From the NCBI GenBank assembly GCA_964016885.1, contig OZ024742.1, forward strand, positions 160,642,001 through 160,706,000: 64,000 nt of DNA, written 5' to 3'. Below, in pieces: positions 13,358 to 25,104 of this stretch. This stretch comes from Eledone cirrhosa. Lineage: Eukaryota. The stretch's first letter is position 1; every line of letters starts with the position of its first letter. Below the pieces are notes generated by a model. That model ran no database searches. It was given only the letters and a program-made list of their open reading frames with translations, and was not told where the DNA came from. The translations under genes were made by a program, and so were the position numbers.

Positions 13358-15357
13358 ATGGCTGATTCACCTCTGCACCAAGCAACTGAGAGCCTTCCTC
13401 ACAAATTAACACCTCACACCGACACCACCATTGTAAATATCACTACGTTTGCCAACACTAAAAATATAAGCAGTAGCAATATTTTAAATTTGTCTCAGGC
13501 AGACATTCATTTCCGGCCATTACCAATGACTGCAGGTGTTAAAGCCGCCACCACCACCACCACCACCGCGACAACCCCCCCCCCCCCACCGCGACAACCC
13601 CCCCCCCCCCCCCCCCCCCACCCCCACCCCACCACCACCACCACCACCACCACCACCACCGCGACAACAGAAACAAAAGAAAAAAATAAATTAACTCGTG
13701 ATGTCGAAATGAATTCAACCAAAATGAACTCTTCCACACCGAACACCACTGACGCCACCACCGCCACAACTGAAACTAAAATTAATAATAACAAAAATAA
13801 CGATAACAACAACAGCAACAATGACATTAAGAAAGCCACCATGAGTTTTGCCAGAGTAGCAAAACAGTGCGAAGCATTTCAGGTAACTCAGGAGGAATTA
13901 GAAGAAGTCAAAAAATGGTAAAGAAAGATGGGTACAGGGTCAGCCCCCCGCCCCCCACACCTAATAAAATGGAGCATCGGCGCCTATGCACCGTGTCTTA
14001 TCGAACAATTAATGTAAAATCGCTCCGAGTGGAACGGGCATCCGAGTCCCAAATCCAAAAAGCTTTGGGACATGTGTGGGCAAAAAAAAACCCACATCAG
14101 GCGTGGGCAGTAGTATGGAACCGTGGACGTGTTCTTTCAAACACCAGAGGAGGCTAGAGAACACTCCATGGCCCCATTAAGAAGTGACGACTTCACACTC
14201 GTCCCAAGCTATTGTGGCCAGAGACTCGTAAAGATCAGGGTCACCCACGTTCCACCGGCCATCGAAATTCCCTGGCTAATAGCTGCCGTCCTCGCCGGCA
14301 TCGAAGCCAACACCAAGATAATAGAAATAGCGAAAGAAAAGCAGGAAAACTGGTCCGGATCTGGGATGGAGCTCCTGATCCAAGCGGACCCAAAAAGCAT
14401 TGAGGAGATCCCAGAGGTAATAGACCTCACTGACGGCAGCCACCTCACCGTAATTGTCGAGGGCAGAAAGCCTAGGTGTGTCGTTTGTGGTGAAGGAACC
14501 CACCTAAGGGCTTTCTGTCCTCAGGCTAAAAGGTTGAGGCCACCTCTCCTACCCACCCCAGTGACTCAACCATCACCACCACCAGTAGCAGAGATGGCAG
14601 CAACAACAGAAGCAACTGTAACAGCAACAACCCCAGCAACAGTAGCAAAACCAACACCACCACCACCCAACGCTTCAGAACTAGCACCAGCGCCTACACC
14701 ATCCACCACGCCACAACCAAAACTAATGCCTGTGGAGGATTTTCCACTTCCCGGCCTATCACAACTGGAGACAGATTGTGACGACGAGGAGTGGGGAAAC
14801 GGTATCAGGAAAAAAGAAAAAAAGAAACCGAAAAAGAAAAAAATTCTCTGCCTTCCCCCTCCAAAAACAAAATACAGAGGGAAACAAATAAACTATCAAA
14901 CAAAAAAGTCAGGACAGACATGCCACCATCCACACCAGCATCACCAACCCCATCACCCCAAACACCAACACCACCATCACCTACACCACAAAAGTCACCA
15001 AAATGCGAAACAAAAACAAACCCACAACAAACGCAAACAAAACAAAACAACCAAAACGATACACACTACACAGCATTAAATTTGAACAACAACCAATTAT
15101 TACACTACATCCAACACAACACCAGCATCACAGAAAAAGACTACACAACAACCCAAAAGTTCACACCACCTCCACACATACAAATCTCTCGCATCACACA
15201 GAAAACGTACATGACACTAAAACAAAAATTCCCCAGAGACATCGGAGACTTCCGACAAGCACTCTCCAGGAGGATTTATAAGGACATCCTTCCTGAGGAG
15301 GCCACACGCAGTGAAAAGGATGGAGAAACTGTCCTTCCTCTACGAGAAGTAAGGTAA
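13358..15357 (+). pseudogene. Tx1-like ORF1 (gag-like, zinc knuckle), frameshifted
   Basis: CVVCGEGTHLRAFC = CX2CX4HX4C; split over ORFs 13358, 13867, 14123, 14791, mostly at homopolymers. Confidence 0.8.
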
Positions 15358-15391
15358 GTTGTCTTTCCCATCTTTTCCACTCCATTTCAAC

Positions 15392-18300
15392 ATGACCTCA
15401 CTCAGAATAGGCAGTATAAATGCGCGTGGCTTGGGGTCGTCATGGACACAGGGCCACCTGCTCAACGACCTCAGCTCACTAAACATAGATGCAGTGGCCA
15501 TCAGCGAGACCAAAATCTCCGAAGCACGGGCTTTCGCACCGATCTTCGGCGGCTACGATGTGTACGCATCTCCCAGCCGTCCGGGATCGGGAGGAGGAGT
15601 TGCTGTGCTTTTTCTTAGAGGTTTGGATCTTGCCATACGGGGCATCTTCCTGGACCCAGAAGGTAAGTTGATGGTGCTGGCCGTGACCAGCGGAGACGGG
15701 CAAGCTTTTAGGTTAGTGGCCGTCTATGCCCCGACAGGTGCAGGGCGGCCTGATTTCTTCCGGCGTCTGGAGACGTTTCTTGGAACGTCCCGCTCTTTAG
15801 TGTTAGTGGGCGACTGGAACGGGATCTTAGATGCACGCTGGGACTGTGTGGGATTAGTGGATAGGGGAGGAGGGTGCAAGAGTCTCACCAACCTGCTCAG
15901 GCGTTTTGAGCTGCCTGACAGGTACCGATTGGATTTCCCGAATGTGCCAATGTGGACTTGGACAAATCGCATAGGGTCATCCAGATCATATCTAGATAGA
16001 GTATTTTGTAGAGAAATAGATAGGTCTAGCATAGGCTGTCCACAATTCAAGATAGTCAGCTACACGGACCACAAATTCGTGATCTGTGTGCTTGAGTTAG
16101 ATAGGCTTCATAGACGAGGACCCGGCTACTGGAAGCTAAACGCGTCCTTACCAGCGCGCAAGGCCTACAGAGACCGGATTAGCGAACTAGTTAAGTGGGC
16201 GTTGACGGGGGCCATCGTCAACAACAAGTGGTGGTTTGCTCTGAAAAGAGCAATTAGAATAGAGTCAATTAGGTTTAGTAAGGCTTTAGCAATAGAGAAA
16301 AATAGAGCAGAGGGAGAATTAGTTAGGAAATTAGACGAGGCGCTTAGAAAAGGCATCGCGACCGACGTACTTGCGGCGAAATTGGCCTTTGACCAATTCT
16401 TCAATGCAAAGCACGAAGGCTGCGTTGTCAGAGCTAGGGTGTGTGCTCTCAGACACGAGGGGACGAAAGCCGTTCAATGGGCCCGAGTGGCGGAGGCACG
16501 TCGTGGCAACAAAGCCACGATACGGTCTTTGGTGGCCCACGACGTGCGCATGCTACTCGATCCCGGGCAAATGTGTGAAGCTTTCCAGCGACACTTCGCT
16601 CAGCTGTTTGGGAGCAGCGGCGGCCGAATCGAGGGATGGACTTTAGTGTCCACCTCGACGGACTGCCGCGGCTCTCGACCACTGAGGCGGAGTGTTGCGA
16701 AAAGCCGATAACAGCCGCTAAAGTACGGGAGGCAATGACTGGCTGCATAAGGGCGGATGGCCTGGTTTGGATGGTCTGCCCTATGAACTTTACGTACAGA
16801 TGCCAGACATGTTCGGAGGCCTCTTGGCGGACGTCTACTGCAAATGTCAACACAACAGAACGGGAGAATTCCCAGTTCTGTGAGCCGAGGAGCGGTGGCA
16901 CTGCTGAGAAAGGATCCGAACAAGGGGGATAACATAGATAATTTTAGGCCCATAACTCTGCTAAACACAGAGTTCAAGATTTTGGACAAGGTGCTAGCAA
17001 AGAGGTTGGCGCTTGTCGTTGGTGGTCTGGTGGGAGAGGCGCAGACATGCGCCATTCCCTACAGATCCATCCACGACAACCTCCACCTCATGCGATACAT
17101 CGTAGAGAGGGTAGCTAGGGAACCTGGCACGCGTGGGTCCTTGATCAATTTAGATCAGTCTAAAGCTTTCGATAGGGTCGACCATCGTTACCTAGCGGCA
17201 GTCCTGAGGGCGGCTGGCTTTGGGCCCGTCTTCAGAGGCTGGATCGCTGCCATGCACAGCGACATCTGCTCTGTAGTGAGAGTGAACGGTCATCTGTTGG
17301 AACCGTTCAACATCATGCGCTCGGTCCGCCAAGGATGTCCCCTCTCGTCCCTCTTGTACGTATTGACTCTCGAGCCATTACTGCACAAACTGGAGACGTT
17401 GAGAGGGGTCCCGCGCGAACTAGGATGCGGAAGATCCGTGTCAGCATATGCGGACGATGTCACCGTAGTGGTGTCGAACGGCAAACACATCGAGGCGAGC
17501 GGCACTACACTAAGAGAATACGAAGCGGTGACAGGAGCAATGATCAACCAGGAAAAGTCAGTGGGCCTGCAGCTCGCACCTGGAGAGGCAGGTCCATGCC
17601 GTCCAACAGCGTCGTCGGACGCTGGACGGACGGACCGGTTAAATTGCTAGGGGTCTGGTTCGGTCCGGACCTCCAGACGGACAAAAACTGGGACGAGGTG
17701 ACGAGCAGGGTGGCTTCTCTCACCCAGAAATGGGCGGAGAGGAAGCTATCCCAGAAAGGTCGAGCGGAGGTGGCTAACGCGTACATCGCGTCTGTCATCT
17801 GCTACCGCCTGACCGTTGTACCTTGTCCTAAGACTTGCCTGACTGCGCTGGAGCGTTTGCTCTTTCGCTTTTCGTGGAAGGGACGCGCTCCGATGGTCAG
17901 ACGATCCATCTGTTGTCAACACCCGCTACGTGGAGGGCAGGGCATGCCGTGGCTGATGATGCGCAGGCACGCGCTCAGGCTACGACATCTCCACCTCTTC
18001 CTCGACGGTGATCAGGTGTGGTCGCCGTTTGCTAGACACGTATTTCCCCAGCTCGTTTCCTTGACGGAGCTGCAGTCCTGGGTCAAGCGAAGACCGAGAG
18101 GGAGCGCCTGGAGACTGGAGTGTCTTCAGGCGCTCACAGCGCTCGACCAATCGGGCAATGTGATCGGTGGAAACTCCACCTCGGCGTTCTATAGAGGATT
18201 AGTGGAGGGGAAGAGCGACGACGTACTTGGGGGAAACTCTAGGCGTCGACGAAAATCAACTAGCCAATCTCTTCGGAAGAACTTTCGGGCCAGGGCCTAT

Positions 18301-18813
18301 GGAGAACTTCCAGAAATCTCTGGCCTGGCAGTGCTACCGAGGAGCCTTGCCAGTTCGGGATAAACTCTACAGGCATGGAGGTGCCGTCAGTCGGGCATGT
18401 CCGAGATGCGCGCAGGGCGACGAAACCGTCCTGCACGCACTCGTCCAGTGTCCGAAAATTGCTGACTTGTGGGTTTATGTCGAACACCTGCTGTCGCGTT
18501 TAGGACGGATCCGGCTATCATCTGAGTCCATCGTGAGGATTGCCCCGCCCTCCTCCTTTAGCCGGGAAGGGCAGGCAGTTTTTATCTGTCTGGTGGCCAT
18601 GGCGAAAGAGATAGTATGGTGGAAACGTTTGAAAGGGCTGAAGACGAGCACTTACCTCTTCGGTGATGCTCTGATTGACTTTTTCAAATTTCATTTAAAA
18701 GGAAAATCAGAGTAGAGAGGGAAGTGCTCTCTTCCCAGCATTTTGTTGAAAGATGGGTGAGAGAAGCAAGAATGGCCCGAGTGAATGAGCCTACTCTGAG
18801 TATATATCTGTAA
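15392..18813 (+). pseudogene. Tx1-like ORF2: APE endonuclease + RT + C-terminal zinc finger, frameshifted
   Basis: SINARGL, ISET, VYAP, VGDWN, SYLDRV, TDHK, GYWKLN, FRPITLLN, DQSKAFDRV, RQGCPLS, YADD, CPRC..ETVLHALVQC. Confidence 0.9.
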
Positions 18814-19145
18814 ATTAAAGGTGGAAAACTGGGAGAAGGCACTTGCCTTGGTGGTCAGGGTCATTGTGGCCTTTTACTGGGCTTTCTCCACAAATGTCCC
18901 TCCGAAGTTTCCCCCCTATTGGGGAATTTTTCATTGTTATTTTTTGTTACATCCTCTGTTTTTGTTTTATACGCAGAAATGCTCATTTGTACCGTCCTGT
19001 ATTGTCCTGCACTGTCCTTAATGTCTACTTTATGTAAACCCTTGTGGTTAATAAAGAAATCATTATTATTGTTGTTATTATTATTATTATTATTGTTATT
19101 AATGTATATGTGTGTATATATATATATATATGTGTATATATATAT

Positions 19146-19179
<34 letters not shown>

Positions 19180-19276
19180 TTCTTTTTTTTTTATTTTATT
19201 TTATTTTATTTTATTTATTTTTTTTTTTTTCTCGTGCAATGGCCATACTCGATAACGAGGGGGTAGCCATCATGTA

Positions 19277-19700
19277 AAGGGTGACTCAAAAATAACTGGC
19301 CTGTGTACATTTTGTATCACGGTATATTCATTTTCTAACCGATCAACCTTAAATTTCAGGACATATCAGATAAAATGTACGTGGAGACAACGAAGCCTCA
19401 ATGAGAGCTCAAGCACCGGATTTTTTCTGTGAAACATTACTATAAGTGTCTAGGACCAAGTTTAGGAACAGTTTCAGGCCAATATATAAAACTGGGTGAG
19501 ATCTATGGCACAGTGGAGAACCTCAATACAATGTCTGAGCACCACTAGACACACTCTGAACAACCTAGGAAGCGTACACAGAGGGTTATTGACATGATCC
19601 GAGAGTCTGTTGAAGAAAGCCCAAAATGATCGTTGCGCAGGAGATGCCAATCCTTAGGTCTCTTCACAGAAACTTACAGATGTGTTGTTAAAGAGCATCT
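19277..19700 (+). mobile_element. Decayed 5' part of a Tc1/mariner-superfamily DNA transposon
   Basis: Starts TA|AAGGGTGACTC; translated remnants HRIFSVKHYY..YGTVENL..PRKRTQRVIDMIRESVEESPK*SLRRRCQSLG resemble the N-terminal HTH region of Tc3/maT-type transposases. Confidence 0.6.
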
Positions 19701-19775
19701 TAAGAAGTACTCCCTGTATGGAGTACTTCTCTGATTTGTAGTCCTCCTGGTCTCCGTACTGCAGACATATACATG

Positions 19776-19807
<32 letters not shown>

Positions 19808-19817
19808 TGTATGTATG

Positions 19818-19851
<34 letters not shown>

Positions 19852-20713
19852 TGTATGCATGTTCTTCTGGTTTTATAATTTCACAAAGTTTTACCAATAG
19901 AGAGAGAGTCGGTTTCTAACATAGACACAAAACACTCTCATTGGAATTTACACAACATCAACTAGGTAGATATGTATGTATGTCTGCATGCATGCATGTG
20001 TAGATATGGATGTTATTGTATGTGTGGATGTGTATCTTTTGAGTTGTATGTGTGCATGTATATATGCTTTGCATCTGTACATGTATATATGCAGTTATTA
20101 GATGCAAAATATTTGGAATGTTTTACATATTTTTACTGTTCCATTAATGGATTGTACTTGTAATTTCCTAACTAGTTGTGTTCTTTCTGTTCCTGAGAAG
20201 CCTAGCTTCTCAAGTTTTGTATTGAGGCAGTTACTAATGTATGTATGTATGTATGTATGTATGTATGTATGTATGTATGTATGTATGTATGTATGTATGT
20301 ATGTATGTATGTGTCTGAATATATAAGAAATTTCACAATAGAATGAAGAATTAGAAGATAGAAAATGCGCAATCAAATTAAAAGCAACAACACACAAACC
20401 TATACGAAGGTGAATGCTCCTATTCTCAACTCTCTATTGGGTTTCATTGTGGTTTCCACATCAAACAACCCTATAATGTCAGCAACGTTATAAATGCTCA
20501 GGAATCATGCAATATTTCCACATATAAAAACAATCACAGTTACAGCAAATATATAGAGCGGAATCTTTGAGCCTGAACAAAACATATAGAATACAATTTG
20601 CAATGACTTCGAAGGGACCATCCACTCGAGAAAAACAAGCTTCATAGGTAATATTGAAATTCCATTAGTTATATTCACACACACACATACACGCACACGC
20701 ACACGCCACACGC

Positions 20714-20816
<103 letters not shown>

Positions 20817-20964
20817 TATATGTATGTATGTATGTAAAAGGTAAACAGAAATAACAAAACAATCAGCACAGTACATGGAAGAAATATATTAGTTTAACGC
20901 TTGAAATAGCAGGAAGAACATTTTAAGGAATATATATATATGTCAAGTCGCTCTCGAGTGCTAC

Positions 20965-21235
20965 TGGTAACATGTAACCCAGTACAACCTGTCTCATGGT
21001 TGGGTCGTCGGTGACTAAACCAGCACCCCCACCAAGCTCCCCAGTTGTTGTCAACACAACACCTTTCTAGGAGAGGGAAATGCTGAAAAAAAACCCTGCG
21101 GCTTCGGAAGTATCCGATGATGTTGACCAGTTCTCCTTTTCGCGTAGTGTTTTCGATGCTCAGAGAGTGGGATTGGTTGAGAGCAAGACCTTTCCCCACT
21201 TTAAAAAAACTTCAAATCACAGCATTGCTTGTTCA
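20965..21235 (+). repeat. Unnamed dispersed repeat (SINE-sized), homologue of 8130-8330
   Basis: Shared sequence blocks with 8130-8330. Confidence 0.6.
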
Positions 21236-21589
21236 GCATCTGTTACAGGTTCGTGTGGCTGGACGTAGCCTAAAAGTGCACTGAACTCTGTAATCTGACA
21301 AGCGATTGCAATACTCTTAGCAGAGTTTGCAGCCTCGTATATATATGTATATATATTCTAGTTCAATAATTCATGTTGGTTCTAAGCAAACAGCGAATTA
21401 TGGTGTATATGCACTCCACGTCGTAGTTATCCATAAAGGTAAGACTAGGTAATATATATATGGTATCGAAGGGAGTATTGTTATTAAGTAAGAAAAGGCG
21501 GTTTTACGTTTTACGCTTCAATTTATTGTCTTACACAATACCATTAAATTGTCATTATGTAATAATTAATAATTATTAATAATTAATAT

Positions 21590-21777
21590 GTCGGTGTATT
21601 GGCAGTATCGGTAGAGGGTCGGACGCCATGCTTTCCAGCATAGTTACGTCCCTTTACGATCTGAGTTCAAATCCCGCCGAGGTTGACTTTGCCTTTCATC
21701 CTTACGGGATCGATAAAATAAAGTACCAGTAATGAACTGGGTATTTGCTGGCCTTGTCTCTAAAGTAGAAACAATTA
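21590..21777 (+). mobile_element. tRNA-like SINE
   Basis: A-box-like TGGCAGTATCGG, B-box GAGTTCAAATCCC; six or more copies in the window; ATT-rich flanks. Confidence 0.85.
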
Positions 21778-21937
21778 TGTAATAATTAATACGGTGTCTC
21801 GCATAAACAACTCTTCAACAGCGAATATATAAAAAACAAAACATCGTCAAAATTATCAACACCTACCTGATGATAACGCATTAATTATTATGTATATATA
21901 AACGCGCGCACACACAAACACACATACACACACACAC

Positions 21938-22046
<109 letters not shown>

Positions 22047-22225
22047 ATTTAGTATATCTACTAACATATGCGTACAGATGTACGCTAATGCTAGCAAATA
22101 CACAGGTTATGTCATAGTACCTAGGTGGTTCAATGCAGGAGGATGCAGAACAATAATATAAAAGACGTAAAGTAAGAAAATTTAAAAAAATCTTTTTAAA
22201 AATTAACTTACTTACTAAAATTTTC

Positions 22226-22307
22226 ACTCCAACTAATTAGTTTCTGCAATGGGATAAAGACAGTTACGTAATTTAACTGTCGAGAATTCATTGCGTCATC
22301 AGGGAGT
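22226..22307 (-). ncRNA. Type I hammerhead ribozyme motif
   Basis: Reverse-complement copy of 23052-23133. Confidence 0.8.
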
Positions 22308-23051
22308 TTATTCTCAGCTAAGTCTCCAGGCAATGCGCGGACACTGGGGACTCATATAAAAATAATAATAATTCAGTAGATGGAACAGCTAGCGGGACTG
22401 GATTCCATGCACTGAAAAGCTCGCTGTCTCTAGTCAAGTGGCTGATTCTAAAGAATCAATCACGTGACACTGAGGCTAGTCGGTAGGAGTGGGATGGTAA
22501 GATGACAGAAGCCTACTATCACACCAATAAATTAGTAGTGGTTTTGGCAGGTTTGCTCAACAAATAAGTAATTTGGAGATAAATATAGAGAATTTAGTAT
22601 ATCTACTAACATATGCGTACAGATGTACGCTAATGCTAGCAAATACACAGGTTATGTCATAGTACCTAGGTGGTTCAATGCAGGAGGATGCAGAACAATA
22701 ATATAAAAGACGTAAAATAAGAAAATTTTTAAAATTTAAAAAAAAAATGTAGTAGATATACTAAATTCTCTATATTTATCTCCAAATTACTTATTTGTTG
22801 AGCAAACCTGCCAAAACCACTACTAATTTATTGGTGTGATAGTAAGCTTCTGTCATCTTACCATCCCACTCCTACCGACTAGCCTCAGTGTCACGTGATT
22901 GATTCTTTAGAATCAGCCACTTGACCAGAGACAGCGAGCATTTCAGTGCATGGAATCCAGTCACCGCTATCTGTTCCATCTACTGAATTATTATTATTTT
23001 TATATGAGTCCCCAGTGTCCGCGCATTGCCTGGAGACTTAGCTGAGAATAG

Positions 23052-23133
23052 ACTCCCTGATGACGCAATGAATTCTCGACAGTTAAATTACGTAACTGTC
23101 TTTATCCCATTGCAGAAACTAATTAGTTGGAGT
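23052..23133 (+). ncRNA. Type I hammerhead ribozyme motif
   Basis: ACUCC-CUGAUGA-c GCAAUG...CAUUGC a-GAA-ACUAAUUAGU-U-GGAGU: 5-bp stem I, intact core, palindromic stem III. Confidence 0.8.
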
Positions 23134-23193
23134 GAAAATTTTAGTAAGTAAGTTAATTTTTTAAAAAATTTTTTAAAATTTTCTTATTTTACG

Positions 23194-23307
<114 letters not shown>

Positions 23308-23484
23308 GAAAAGGGGCTCCGGCCGTTCGACAGCTAAATCCTAACAGTTTGGATCTAGCTGTCGAAACAGTTGGAGCTCAGCCATCGGGGTCCTGACTCT
23401 TTTCCTATTACCCACTCCACTACCCTAAGTATTGTGTACTCTGGTGCGTTATGGTTCACCTGGTATCTTACCACACCCTCTTTG

Positions 23485-23528
<44 letters not shown>

Positions 23529-23769
23529 TTAGTATCAGCAGAAAATGCGGAGAAAATCAAGGATAAGTTTAGTTATAATAAGTAATCTAAGTGTTATTTT
23601 TTAAATACTCTGATTGCTTTTGTACCTCTCATATGTACATATGTATTACATTATGTAATTATATTGCTCTATGTACTATTCTTGTAAATGTGAGCTCAGG
23701 AACGGGTTTTGTCGAATCTTACATCGATTGAAGTTTTATAGAGCAACGAAATCAAGATATTTTTAAAGA

Positions 23770-23945
23770 CATTTTTTCCAATTGTTCCCCCGCGCCCGTC
23801 ATTTCAATCTATTTAATTTCTCATTTTTTCTTCTGATGAAGGACTAGCGTCCGAAACGTTAAGAACCTCTTTCTGCTATTTCAAGCGTTAACCTAATATA
23901 TTCCTTCCATATACCGATTGTGTTATTATTTCTGTTTACCTTTTA
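23770..23945 (+). mobile_element. Small hammerhead-containing repeat, copy 1 of 3 (others ~33031-33175 and ~42012-42192)
   Basis: Shared ...TTCAAT...TTCTTCTGATGAAGGAC..GTCCGAAA...AAGCGTTAA.CTAATATATTCCT.CCATATAC..ATTGTGTT; ends in TA-rich microsatellite. Confidence 0.8.
23828..23865 (+). ncRNA. Minimal type I hammerhead ribozyme motif
   Basis: UUCUU-CUGAUGA-A-GGAC UAGC GUCC-GAA-ACGU-U-AAGAA. Confidence 0.8.
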
Positions 23946-24047
23946 CATACATATGTGTGTGTATATATATAGTGGTGGAACACTGGAAGGTAATATCCGT
24001 AGTGGTAGAGCACTCAGTCCATGGGACGAGTTAGGTAGAAGTGGTTA

Positions 24048-24085
24048 TGAGCTGAGGATCGGCTAAGGTGAAACAATTGTTCTCG
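24048..24085 (+). ncRNA. Minimal hammerhead motif (weak stem II)
   Basis: UGAG-CUGAGGA-(11 nt)-GAA-ACAAUUGU-U-CUCG; enclosed by 12-bp inverted repeat TAGAAGTGGTTA/TAACCACTTCTA. Confidence 0.6.
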
Positions 24086-24194
24086 GTATGGTGAACTAAC
24101 TGTTGTGTAACCACTTCTATATATATATATATATCATCATCATCATCATCATCATCATCACCATTTCACGTCCGTTCTTCCAAGCTAGCATGGG

Positions 24195-24237
<43 letters not shown>

Positions 24238-24896
24238 AGATGATGATGGATCCTTCACCTTCATCAATTTTGATCAACAGAATGGTGATCACGAAATTTA
24301 ACATGTTAGTTTGTTGAATATTCCACAAACAAATTGTTATTGTTTACCTGTTTATCACCGTCTGTAAGAGCATTGTGAAAATAAGTCGTTACTTCTTTTG
24401 CCGCTTCTCTTCTTCCATTTTATTCCTCGCCTTTTTCACTGTTTAGTCAGCGTCCATGATTTTTTCAGGGATACGTAGCCTAGTTGAAGGGAGAAAGGGT
24501 GGAAAGTATCCTCAAAATTTGGTGTATGGGCATGTAAAGTTTTGATCTTTAAGGGAAAGGTTCAACCCTTTTTTGGGAAAGAGTTTTAAGTTAAAATATA
24601 CTGTTAATTTTCAAAATTTTAAATAAATAAAAGTGTTTAAATTCTATATGAAGTGGTCGAAATAATTAGTCTGTAGATTGTGAATCTATTTATAAGTTGT
24701 TTCTTTCTCATGGTTTTATAATTTATATTAAAATATTAAATTGCAAATTTAAAAATACATTTTGTGTTGAAACTTTATAATAAAGTAAGCTGTTGGGCCC
24801 CTGCGCAAATGTTTGCATCGGAGTGGGCTCCTTTAAAGTCACCCAATGGCTAGGTAATGGTATTAAAGCTGGCGATGGTTTATCTCTTCCACTTAA

Positions 24897-25104
24897 CCCT
24901 GAAGCATTTAAACTGGCCATATTCGACAAGAATTCTCTCGCCTCTTTCTCTTCAAACCGGTCATAACCGGCTGCTCATACTGACGTTAAGGTATTGTTCT
25001 GAAAATAAATAGCATCAAAATTTTATATATTCGATATTATGTGAGATAAAGCCATTTCTTTAAAAATACAATAGTAAATATATTGCAATATGAATGCTAA
25101 AGGG
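24897..25104. mobile_element. piggyBac-type MITE
   Basis: TTAA at 24893-24896 and 25105-25108; termini CCCTGAAGCATTTA / TGAATGCTAAAGGG (11/14 inverted match). Confidence 0.75.

Larger units (their letters stand above)
13144..19061 (+). mobile_element. Full-length (~5.9 kb) Tx1/L1-clade LINE, copy 1, in (TTA)n
   Basis: Same 5' end (GGCGACCTACGTAGTAAATCG) and 3' end as the copy at 50074; two-ORF layout. Confidence 0.9.

Noticed and set aside
14800-14860. Programmed frameshift in the ORF1 poly-Lys A-run
   Set aside because: The two copies shift in different directions, consistent with homopolymer indels or sequencing error.
9342-19061. Segmental duplication of cluster 1 into 46416-55956
   Set aside because: Element order is the same, but 5' truncation points and private lesions differ.
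21590-21700. tRNA gene
   Set aside because: A/B boxes are present but no cloverleaf is evident; it is the head of a multi-copy SINE.
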